Shown here: positions 53,270 through 64,000 of the stretch, piece after piece
How positions within the stretch are numbered: position 1 is the stretch's first letter
Layout of the letters: each line of letters starts with the position of its first letter
NCBI GenBank assembly: GCA_964016885.1
Contig: OZ024740.1
Coordinates: 51,770,001 to 51,834,000, forward strand
Direction of reading: 5' to 3'
Source: Eledone cirrhosa
Lineage: Eukaryota
Length of the DNA: 64,000 nucleotides
Position numbers and translations under genes: made by a program
The notes under the pieces: model-generated
Databases searched by the model: none
What the model was told of the DNA's origin: nothing
The model's input: the letters and a program-made list of their open reading frames with translations, nothing else

Positions 53270-54060
53270 CCAGATACACCAGATTCTTTGTTTTATCGTT
53301 CGTACATAGTATATGAAGATTTCTAGATGTTTCCACTCATGAACAACCAACATATAACTGTCCATGGGTAAAAACTGATTCTCTCAGATTCAATCCTACA
53401 ACTTTGAGACTCAGACCCTGAGCTTTATTTATTGTCATAGCAAAACTGGCTCTAACAGGGAACTGAAGTCTTGAGAATTTGAATGGCAGCTCGGTAGATG
53501 AAGGGATAAGTGGAATTTTTGGAATAAATGCACTTTCGCCTTGATAATAGCCTCCAAGAATAGTGACCTCTAGGAGATGTTTCATCATTCATCATCCACC
53601 TCACTGTGCCATTGCATAGATGTGGTGGGTCCAGGTTTCTCAAAAGGATGATGGGAGCGTATCCAGTAGGCATTGGTTGATCTGATTTACCATATTATTT
53701 TTTGGTGCTAAAATTGCTCGCTCAAACAGCCATGATATAATTTGAGGTAACATTTGGAAATACTTGATCAATTGGTTCATTTGTTGTATTACAGACATTT
53801 CCAAATGGAAGGCTGACTTCTCCATTTTTATCTTGTGTAGATTTCCATCACCCAGTGTAATTAGCTGTTTTGCAAAAGTATCAATTTCTGCATCATTGTA
53901 CCACTGCACTTTCATGTTTGTCCTCAAGGGTAATCACTGGACTTGTTGCCATATAGTTGAGACTTTGAGGCAAGTGTTTACAATATCAGCTCTCGTGCCT
54001 TTAGGAACAACGGGGAGAATCTGTCTGAAGTCACCAGCAGGCAGCATTGTTACTCTTTCC
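53270..54060 (-). mobile_element. Decayed Helitron PIF1-like helicase C-terminal fragment
   Basis: ILAPKN, IILLRNLDPPHLCNGT and QFPVRASFAMTINKAQGLSL...FTHGQLYVGCS, with frameshifts. Confidence 0.85.
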
Positions 54061-54099
54061 GTGATTTTATTACATCCTGTAATGTCTCTTAAAGAATGA

Positions 54100-55670
54100 A
54101 AAAAGTCATGGGAGCTGTACGGTTTTCAAATTTTGTAAACATGCCCAAGGATGTTAGACATATGGAATTAAAAATAGTGCCCAGAGTTGTTGTTGGAAAG
54201 ATAATCTTATGAGCACCTACCAAGTCAGTTGCCAGATCTCAGAGCTTTAATGTATCCATGCCCAGGGAAGCAAGGCATTCAGAGTATGGTAGATGCCTGA
54301 TGGAGGGTATTTGTTTGGTTGCACGTCTCTGAACAGTTTCCAGGAGGTCAATATTCTGAGTAAGATAGGTGTTCCAGACTAGTGATGCAAATTCTAAGTG
54401 TGGACACACCATAGCTATATATAGCTTTAAATAGGTTGCTGGAGAGCGGCTGACAAAGGTCTTACTGAGTGATGCTAAGACACCCTCAGCCTTCTTGACA
54501 ATTTTAGAGACGTGTTTTGTCCAATGCAAATCACTGTTGACAATAATGCCCAGGTCACATTCACAAGAAGACTTCTTGAGATTGGTGTTGTGAAGGGAGT
54601 ATGTGAACGCTGGGTTTTTCCTCCTAAAATGCATGGTGGTACACTTGTCCACACCCAGCTTGAGTTGCCAGTCCATAATCCATTGCTGTATTGTGTCCAG
54701 GTCTGATTGCAGGAAAGGTCTATAGCATACAGGATCTATCCTTTTTATCTCAAGGTACAGTTTGATGTCATCTCTGTATTTCAAGATTGTGGCATTCTTT
54801 ATGTTGGTATCTATGTCATTAATATATATAACAAACAAAAGGGGATTAAGAACAAATCTCTGTGATACACCAGATGTCATCTCAAAGGGTGAAGATTGCT
54901 GTCTGAGAACTGTGACTACCTCTTTTTGACTGAGAATGAAGGACTTCAACCAGTGATAAAGATCATCTCTCATTCCTATTGCAGAGTGTTTTGCCATGAG
55001 TCTTTTGTGTGGCACAAAATTAAAAGCTTTAGCAAAGTCAAGATAAATAACATCCACCCATGAACTGCCATCAGTGATTTGGGTAATGTCTCCAATAAAC
55101 TCAACGAGTTGATCACAGCAGCTGGAGTTAAGGATAAATTCAAATTGCCAGGGAAGGATAAGGCTGTGAGAGTTCCAGAAATTCCAGAGTGTTTCTCTGA
55201 CACAGGACTCCATCAGTTTGGTGATGCAGCTAGTAAGACTGATCCTCTTTGAACAGAGGAATTACACTGGCAGTTTTCCACTGGTCTGGAGTAGCACCAT
55301 TGTTAAGATAGAATTGAAAGAAAAATGAAAGCTGGTGCAGAAGAAAGTACCCACCATGTTTGAGAAGCAGGTACATAACACCATCAAGACCAGGAGAGGC
55401 CTAATTGCATTTATTCTTAAGGTGGCATCACAGTATTCCAGTGTTAATTCCATAGTTGTTATAGAATTTGATGTCAGAGGTGGTGGAGATGGTACATTTT
55501 GATTTTCAACAGTAAAAATGCCTGCATAGCATTCAGCAATAAGTTCTGTGCCTTCTTTGGGATCGTCAGTAATCTGGCCTGTGTGTGTGGGGGGGGGGGG
55601 GGGGGGATTGCGAAGAGGACCAACTGGAGAGTGAGGTCTCTGCTTTGAACTTACAAATTTCCAGGACACT
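54100..55670 (-). mobile_element. Decayed CR1-clade LINE RT
   Basis: DVIYLDFAKAF, SGVSQRFVLNPLLFVIYIND, YRDDIKLY and PHLEFASLVW...LETVQRRATK. Confidence 0.88.
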
Positions 55671-56218
55671 TGTGACACATCCTAGTATGATATATTAATT
55701 TGACACACATACTAATTCTGTCCAGGGACGAGCTAATTATCCAACTGCTGGATAGACCCTTCACTATGCTCTGTGTCAGGGTCAAAAGCTTCATTCAGTA
55801 TGTTTTGAATGAACAGTGTAATTCCCATTAACTCTAAAGTGAAGTTTCAGAATAAGCATATCACTGTAATTTTTTCACAGTCATATGTACCCTAACTACA
55901 TTAAGGGTACATATGTCTGTAGATTGCTCAGCCATTTGCACATTAATTTCATGAGGAGGCTGTTTTACTGATCAAATCAAGGGGAGCATTCATTGTTGGA
56001 ACTGACAGGTGTCCAACAAAAATGATGATGATGGCAGTGGTGGTGGAGGTTGGTGGTGGTGATGATGATGGTGGTGATGACAATGATTGATGATAAGGAT
56101 GAGGAGTGTGATGGTGATGATGATGACAACAATCATTACCATCATCTTCATCGGTAATGATGATGATGATGGCTGCCAGTAAAGATGATCAGAAAGGTGT
56201 AGATTGTAAATGACTCAC

Positions 56219-56400
56219 CTGATCAATTGGTGGATCTGTCCAAGTATCCATGAAGGGGCTTCTATAATATAATTTTTCACTGAGGATTGAACACTTGTTG
56301 GGTAAGTTAATCTGTCTTTGGTCCTTCGAGTATGATTTGTATATTAGACAATCGTTCTCTGTTGATAAAGCATAAACTTTAAGCCAGCTGCTCTGAAAAA
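56219..56400 (-). CDS. Coding exon 2 of the PAN-domain gene
   Basis: attcatag|TT...CAG|gtgagt, phase 1 to 0; encodes FFQSSWLKVYALSTENDCLIYKSYSKDQRQINLPNKCSILSEKLYYRSPFMDTWTDPPIDQ. Confidence 0.75.
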
Positions 56401-56519
56401 CTATGAATATGATAGGATTATTGTTTTAGGAAAGCCAGCACATTACAAATTTAGAAATAAGCAGAAAATGATGAATATGATATAATTGTGGTTTTGGGAA
56501 AGCCAGCAAATTCTAAATT

Positions 56520-57800
56520 TGATTAGGTATAAGGGCTAGACAAACTGTCTGACCAGGCTGGGGTTTGGATTGAATTTGGCACCAAAGATCATGGCGATAG
56601 TCCTCAAGGCCATTCTGGAAAAAGTGGACAAGCTGAAGAGAGCCACCAATTCCTACATTGACAATATCTTGGTACACAAGATCATGGTGTCAGCAATAGA
56701 GGTTTCAAGCCACCGAGAAAAGTTTCGGTTAATCGCGAAATCATTGAAGGTAATGGAAGGAGGAGTTGCACTGCATGAGAGAAGACAGGTAATTGGAATT
56801 TCAAAGAAGAAATGAAGTCCCAGAACTGGACATCCTAACCAGGCTGAAGAAAGCTGGGTTGAAAGTGCCAGAGGATTTGGAAAAGGGGATAGCTACAGTG
56901 TGTCAACTGAGTGACTTGGAGTTGAGGAGGTTGCATACCATACATCATTATGGGAGTGGATAGGACCCTGTTCCTAGCCAGGAAAGTCGACTCCAACATT
57001 ACAAGACAGAGTGTCCAGAAAGTGATCAGGAGACGCGACAAATGTCAGCCTATCAACCCTGCTCCAGGCATGCAGGAGACAGTAACATTCCAGTGGAACA
57101 CAACTGGAAGCGATTGGCAGTGGATGTGACACACTACTGACAGGGAACATATCTCTCGATGGTTGTTTGTGGACCAGGGCAAATAGCGATATAGAGGGGA
57201 AATGCAGATGGGAGACTGCAGATGAAATCACATAGACACTGAAAGATATATTTTTGGAGTGGGGCCCTGTGGATGAACTGTTGATGGATAACAGCAAGGC
57301 ATTTCACTCAGAAGTGCTGAAGGAGATGCTTGATGGGTGGAATGTGAGCTGCTTCTTCAGAGTGGTGTATAGGCAGAATGGAAATATGTTCATGGAGAGA
57401 TACCATCACATGATCAAGGCCATGGCAGAGAGGGGACACATTTCACCAATGAAGGCAATATATCACCCCGGTCAGGACAGACCGAGGGGTTGGTGCCACA
57501 CAGGGTGATATAAAGATATGAATGGCAACATCCATGCATGATATTATGACGACCTGTGGAAGAGACAGAGAGAGAACATGCAATTGTGTAGGTCAGTGTC
57601 GTAGTCTTGGTCAAGCCCCTGAATGTGTGCTGCACATCTTTATGGGGAAAGAGAACAGTAATGGCTGTAAATTCTTGAAACATGTCTGTGGATGGAATGA
57701 CACATCGCGTCTTGGATGTCTGCAGAATCATAGATTTGACAGATTTTGGAAAAGGGGAGGTTGAAAGCAGCACCTTGGCTTTGTGGAAATCACAATGGGA
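56520..57800 (+). mobile_element. Decayed Gypsy-like LTR retrotransposon pol (RT and integrase remnants)
   Basis: NSYIDNIL; GPVDELLMDNSKAF...NGNMFMERYHHMIK resembles an integrase DDE region. Confidence 0.7.
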
Positions 57801-58726
57801 ATGCCACTCATCTAAGTGGATGGCAGATTTTGACATGGATTGAGGTGATAGGGTGATCTTTGAGATCAGGAGGAGAGTGGGACTTGGGAGCTGGAAGTGC
57901 AGGGGGAGTATTGTTGGAAGGAAGTACGAGAAGAAGTGCGGGCCATATCTCTCTCTTGGTCTCTGAGCTGCGATCAAGTGTGAATGCTACATATAACTTG
58001 TATGAATGATTGTGTGAGTTTTGCTATGTTCTTTGACCAGATGTGAAGCAGATGAACATCAAACTGGTAGATTCGGTCCAGATATGAGTGGAGATGCAAA
58101 GGTAGGTACCTTTTTTTCTTACATTTAGAAATAACATGAAGAGAAAGCTGAAATAGAGTAAAGTGAGAAGGAGTAGAACAAAATAAAACAGTAGTTTACA
58201 CTTTCACAATATATTTTGTAATTCTAGAATTTCTAATCTGCCCTAGTTGTGTGTAGTCATGCATGGGCATGCGTGTGTTGGTGTTTACAGGCCACAACAA
58301 CATCAATACCATTCCATTTATTGTTCAACACTACATTGTACAATACATGGCGATTAAAAGAGATGTGCATGTTATAGTTTATTGCTGATTGATTTCTATT
58401 CACTCCTAGATAGGTAGTCATGTAAACAAAGGAAAGACTTCAGATATTTTACATGTACATGTATTTTATACCAGTGGACAGTTCTGTTAATAATTGTTTC
58501 TACTTTTGGTACAAGGCCAGCAATTACCCAGTGCATTACTGGTACTTTATTTTATCGACCCCGTAAGGATGAAAGGCCAAGTCAACCTTGGCGGGATTTG
58601 AACTTAGAATGGAAAGGGGCGTAACTCTATGTGTCAAAGCATGGCGTACGACCCTCTACTGATACTGCCAATCCACCGCCCTATTCTGTGGACCAGTTCT
58701 GTTAATAATGATGGCAATAATGTTAA

Positions 58727-58947
58727 CCCTTTAGTATTTAAACCGTTCACATCTGGCCAGAGTTCACTCACCTCTTTCTGTTCAAACTGGCTGTAATTGG
58801 CTTCTCATACTGATGTTAAGGTATTGTTCTCAGAATAAATAATATCAAAATCTCATAGATTCAATGTTATGTGAGATAATCATGTAAGATAAAGCCTTTA
58901 CTGTGAAAATATAATAGTAAATATAGAGTAATGTAAATGCTAAAGGG
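58727..58947. mobile_element. piggyBac-like MITE
   Basis: TTAA-CCCTTTAG...CTAAAGGG-TTAA. Confidence 0.8.
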
Positions 58948-59130
58948 TTAAGCAGATATAATTTTTTGAGTCCAGAGCTAGTATGCCATATATACAAGAA
59001 TTACCAAATGTATAAACTATCAAACAAACTGGTAAATTTGCGTTTTGGTAAATTTGCATAAAAGGAAACCTATAGTTTATGTTGATTACTAACACGTGGA
59101 AGTGATTAATGATAAGAATATTTTCACTCT

Positions 59131-59347
59131 TTAACATTTACATTACTCTATATTTACTATTGTATTTTTGTGGTAAAGGCTTTATCGTACATAATTATCT
59201 CACATAATATCGAATCTACGAGATTTTGATGTTATTTATTTTGAGAACAATACCTTAACATCAGTATGAGCAGCCAGCTATGGCCGATTTGAACAGAAAG
59301 AGGTGAGGGAATTCTGGCCGGATATCGCCGGTTTAAATGCTAAAGGG
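59131..59347. mobile_element. piggyBac-like MITE, left TIR eroded
   Basis: Inverted relative to the 58727 copy; ends CTAAAGGG-TTAA. Confidence 0.7.
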
Positions 59348-60429
59348 TTAATAATTTATTTTTTGGATATAATTACACAGATGACTTACAGGATTAAATA
59401 AATGAGTCACTTTAGGGAAGTAACTATTTACATGAGCAATTGTAAGGTGAACTTCTTATTGGAAAGTGAACTTCTTATTGTAGCAATATGAGATAGTAAA
59501 TGCACTGTGTACATGTGAACTTTAAAATGTTACTGATGGAAATATATATAAATATACAAACAAATGTGATATGTTAATATGGTTGACAAATAGGGACTCA
59601 GCACAGTCAAATGGTTTAGAAGTTTACTTTACAGGCATTAGGACCTTGCTTCGATCACAGTATGGCCTCATGGGAAAATGTCATTTACCATAGCTTCAGA
59701 TTAATCCAAGCATTGTAAGATAAATTAAGTAAATGGAAACTGTTTAAAAGTCCATTGCATGGAGTGTACCTGTAATTCTAAAAGTCAGCTTTGTCACACA
59801 CTGTGTCATGTTGAATCTCCCTGAGAATTACGTTAAGAGTTCATGTGTTTGTGAAATGCTCAGACTATAATACATGATGGACTCTACCTGTAATTCAAAA
59901 GGTCAGCTTTGTCACACATTGTGTCATGCTGGATCTCCCTGAGAATTGACTGAACTGGAACATTCATTGTTGAAACTTATGGAAGTTCATTCTACATATA
60001 TTTACATTGGTATAATGGTATGCTGTTATAATATTATTGTCATATAAGGCTCCGACACTTCTATTTGTCTGGTGGTGTAGTGGTGTTGTAGTGGTGTGGT
60101 AGTATAGTGGTAAAATATTATCATGGTATTGTTGTACGTTGTATAGTAGTGAGGTGTTGGGGTGTGATATAGTGATGTGTTGCTGAACTGGTTTGATGTG
60201 TTGTGATATGATGGTGTGTTGCGGTGTAATGTGGTATTGTGGTGGTGTAGTGTTATATAGTGTGTTGTGGCATAATGTTGTTGTGACTTGATGTAGTTGT
60301 GGTGTATTTTGGTGGTGTGTTGTTGTGATTGTAGAGTAATATGATGACATAATAGACCTACTTCACCCCAATTCCACCAAAAACTAAACTATACTCAGCC
60401 TCCAAATATCTCTAATATGTTATATTTTC

Positions 60430-60693
60430 ACACTCAGAGTTGCTGAAGCATGGAACAAACTACCTGCATCATTTATTAGCTGTCGAGACACTGCATCCTT
60501 TAAAACCTCCATGCTTCCTGAGATTCGCCAACACTACACCTAATGTTCCCCCTCCACACACATACACACATGTATATCATGACTCACACTATTCACTTCC
60601 CTGACATTTGTATATTATTCTATGTACTATACATGCACGTTTGATGAGTTGTACTGCACCTGAGCACTTTACACAATAATTTCATTATTATTA
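60430..60693 (+). mobile_element. CR1-like LINE 3' end
   Basis: Matches 62935-63133; ends in (ATT)n. Confidence 0.7.
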
Positions 60694-60741
60694 TATGAAG
60701 AGATGAAAGATTAATTTCTTATATCAAGAAAGCACACTTAC

Positions 60742-61042
60742 ATTTCCTTGAGATATATGATTCTGATTGGTTGGTAATTTTTGTTAAGATGACATTGTTT
60801 TTCAAAGTAAGGAAATATTGGCACTGCCATTCTTCAGAGTTGTAGCTGAAGCATACACAGCTATTTGTCTGACACTTTCGGGCACATTCTAATTTACTGG
60901 TGTTTGTATAAATAATCTGCATTTGGTCAGTAGATTGTATTATGTAACCGTGTAATCTGTGGAAATATTCTTCACTCAATGTTGCCATATATTTTATTTC
61001 AATATTGGTAAGTAGCAACATTAGGATTAAGTTCTTCATCAT
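60742..61042 (-). CDS. Coding exon 1: hydrophobic N-terminus plus PAN/apple domain
   Basis: MMKNLILMLLL..., then SKLECARKCQTNSCVCFSYNSEEWQC (PAN-type Cys pattern). Donor AAAT|gtaagt, phase 1. Confidence 0.8.
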
Positions 61043-61447
61043 GGTTTACTGTAATTGTTCTAGTTTGGCTGATAGAATAAAGAACGGTAGAACAAAAAGG
61101 TAAGATGGTACAAGTTTGTGTTTTAGTTTTTATTTTAGTTTAGATTTGATAATATTAATGTAAATAGATCAGGGTGTATCCAAGGGTAACATTGATGATA
61201 TTAAGAAATCTGGATATATCCACAATATGTATTAAGGGCAGCATTGATGATTATATTTCCAATGAAATATACTCCATTTCAATTAATTAATGAAGGATTT
61301 TGAGATATGTATTAATATTGTTTCTATTTTTGACACAAGGCCAGCAATTATCCCAGTGCATTACTGGTACTTTATTAATTATTTCATTACTAAAAGAGTT
61401 AATAAATGCTTCTTATATAAAATTATGTTTGAAGATGTTTAATTTAA

Positions 61448-61667
61448 CCCTTTAGCATTCAAAACGGCCATATCCGGCCAGAATTCTCTCACCTCTTTCT
61501 GTTTAAACTGGCTGTAACTGGCCACTCATACTGATGTTAAGGGATTGTTCTCAAAATAAATAATATCAAAATCTTATACATTCAATATTGTGTGAGATAT
61601 TATGTGAGATAGAGCCTTTACCATGAAAATACAATAGTATATATAGAGTAATGTAAATGCTAAAGGG
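61448..61667. mobile_element. piggyBac-like MITE
   Basis: TTAA-CCCTTTAGCATT...AATGCTAAAGGG-TTAA. Confidence 0.8.
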
Positions 61668-62391
61668 TTAAATAGGAACCATTCAAAATGGGTAGTTTTA
61701 TTTCATGGGACTAGAGCTAGTTTTGGGCAGCTTGGTATCAAAAGGGGTAAAAAATAAGGGCATATTCACAATATATATTAAGGCTAGTGTTGGTGATGAT
61801 AATGAATAAAGATATATGCACAGCATATATGTTTTTAAGGAGTGCATTTATATATTCTGATATTATTAAGGCAATATCTTTATGTTACAAGTGTGGGATT
61901 CATCATCATCATCATCATCGTTTAACGTCTATCTTCCACGCTAGCATGGGTTTAGACAAATAATAAAGTATCTTATGAACTGTGGTTAGAAATAATGGTG
62001 AGAATGTTGCTAATATATATAGAAGGAAATTAGTAACACAACTGACCTTTTTTTTTTGCATTCTAAACAATACACATCAATACATATCTCAACAAGTTAA
62101 CACCTCTTCCCTTGATATCAACTTCTTATCTACACGTCTAGCTACCACAACCACTTGATAAACAATTCTCCACCCCCCTACCAATTACCATCACAACACA
62201 CTTACACATAAATAAAGAAAGCAAAAACACAAATGAAGATTTTTCAGAATTCAACAACCCCACAATCATCAATACTGCATTAAATTCATTGAGCAAAATA
62301 TTTATTGAAATTTGAAATATGAGCATCATGATGCAGAAAATGACAGAAATAACAGTTGATCACTATAAAAAATAGAGAAAATTGAGTAAAA

Positions 62392-63133
62392 TATTTAGGA
62401 GTAAAAACTCAGAGTTCACACACTCCCTTCACAACACCAATCACAAGAAGTCTTCTTGTGAACGTGACCTGGACATTATTGTCAACAGTGATTTGCGTTG
62501 GATAAAGCACATCTCTAAAATTGCCAAGAAGACTGAGGGTGTCTTAGCATCCCTCAGTAAGACCTTTGTCAACTGCTCTCCAGCTATCTATTTAAAGCTT
62601 ATATAGCTATGGTGTGTCCACACTTAGAATTTGCATCACGAATCTGGAACACCTATCTTACTCAGAATATTGACCTCCTGGAAACTGTTCAGAGACGTGC
62701 AACCAAACAAATACCCTCCATCAGGCATCTACCATACTCTGAATGCCTTGCTTCTCTGGGCATGGATACATTAAAGCTCTGACATCTGGCAACTGACTTG
62801 GTAGACACCCAGAAAATTATTAATCATCTTTCCAACAACAACCCTGAGCACCTTCTTGAACTCCATATGTCTAACACCTTTGGGTATGTTTACAAAATCA
62901 GAAAACAGTACAACTCCCATGACTTTTGGAAACACTTTTTCGCACTCGGAGTTGCTGAAGCATGGAACAAATTCCCTTTCCATATACACGCATGCATGTC
63001 TGTGTGTGTCCCCATTTGTATATCACGACTCACACATTGTTCACTTTCCTGATATTTGTATATTATTCTATGAATTACATATGCATCTTTGATGAGTTGT
63101 AGTGCACCTGAGCACTGTACACAATAATTATTA
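62392..63133 (+). mobile_element. 5'-truncated CR1-clade LINE
   Basis: Reverse complement of about 54100-54630, plus the 3' UTR. Confidence 0.85.
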
Positions 63134-63150
63134 TATATATATATATATAT

Positions 63151-64000
63151 GATGAATGGCTTGTGTATATAGATGAATGGCTTGTGAGAGCTATACAAGC
63201 CATGTATAAAGAAACAGTCAGCAAGGTTAGAATTAACAACGAATCTAGTGAAGAGCTTAACATAAAAGTTGGTGTTCATCAGGGCTCCGTCCTTAGTCCC
63301 CTCCTATTTATTTTCGCCCTCCAAGCTATAACGGAGGAGTTCAAGACCGGCTGCCCATGGGAACTTCTATACGCAGATGATCTAACGCTCATAGCCGAAT
63401 CAATGGCTGAGCTAGAGAAGAAATTCCAAACATGGAAGCATGGCCTAGAATCAAAAGGCCTTAAAGTTAACTTGTCTAAAACTAAAGTCCTAATATGTAG
63501 GAAGGAGAATAGGGCACTGGTCCCATCTGGGAAATGGCCATGCTCAGTGTGTAGGAAAGGAGTAGGCAGAAACTCCATTTTATGTCCCAAATGCAAAGTA
63601 TGGGTGCATAAAAGATGTAGTGGGATCACAGGTAAGCTAATTAAGAATATAGATTTTATATGTGGCCGGTGCTCTGGTGCAATAAGTAGCAGCAAGTGCC
63701 TACAGAATACTAGCTCATTCCATTGCCCAGATGGTTCTATAGAAATAGTGGACACCTTCCGTTACCTGGGTGACAAAATCAGCAGTGGTGGAGGGTGCTC
63801 CGAAAGTACTGTAGCTAGAGTCCGAACGGGATGGAAAAAGTTCAGAGAGCTTATACCCCTATTGGCCACTAAAGGTTTCTCTCTAAAAATAAAATGCAGG
63901 CTGTATGATGCCTGCATACGAACAGCGATGTTACATGGCAGTGAGACATGGGCCTTGTGTGCAGAGGATCTACGCAGACTGGAGAGGAACGAAGCTTGCA
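63151..64000 (+). mobile_element. RTE LINE RT region, open frame running off the window
   Basis: VGVHQGSVLSPLLF...WELLYADDL...GLKVNLSKTK, a Cys/His-rich insert, then FRYLG. Confidence 0.9.

Noticed and set aside
53270-54060. Host PIF1 helicase gene
   Set aside because: It is intronless, frameshifted, partial and inside another gene's intron, which fits a Helitron relic.
58110-58147. Possible extra exon of the PAN-domain gene
   Set aside because: It contains a stop codon in the phase required after exon 1, and exons 1 and 2 join in frame without it.
59964-60350. 128-aa His/Thr-rich ORF
   Set aside because: Low-complexity GT-rich simple sequence in an intron.

Overview
This is AT-rich, microsatellite-rich animal genomic DNA. 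Its repeat families (RTE LINEs, tRNA-derived SINEs, Penelope-like elements in (TA)n) suggest a mollusc such as an octopus, though that is an inference. Bases 2404-23780 are a tandem array of about 50 units of ~428 bp. On the minus strand each unit carries a type I hammerhead ribozyme motif (CUGACGA core, palindromic ACUAGU stem III, long interrupted stem I), an ATGCAAAT octamer and several hairpins, so the array looks like a retrozyme or ribozyme-bearing satellite. Its right part is a 4-unit higher-order repeat in which one ribozyme in four has a mutated core. A dispersed, 5'-inverted, terminally redundant copy of the unit lies at 39730-40401. The rest of 1-45.5 kb is nested Penelope-like elements (RT plus GIY-YIG) and short fold-back derivatives in (TA)n tracts, with about a dozen further hammerhead motifs, several having greatly enlarged stem II. 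From 47.2 to 61.0 kb a five-exon minus-strand gene can be assembled by hand (287 aa: signal-like N-terminus, PAN/apple domain, unnamed C-terminal domain). Its introns and flanks hold old RTE, CR1, Helitron, Gypsy, SINE and piggyBac-like MITE remnants. All calls were made by eye; no searches were run.
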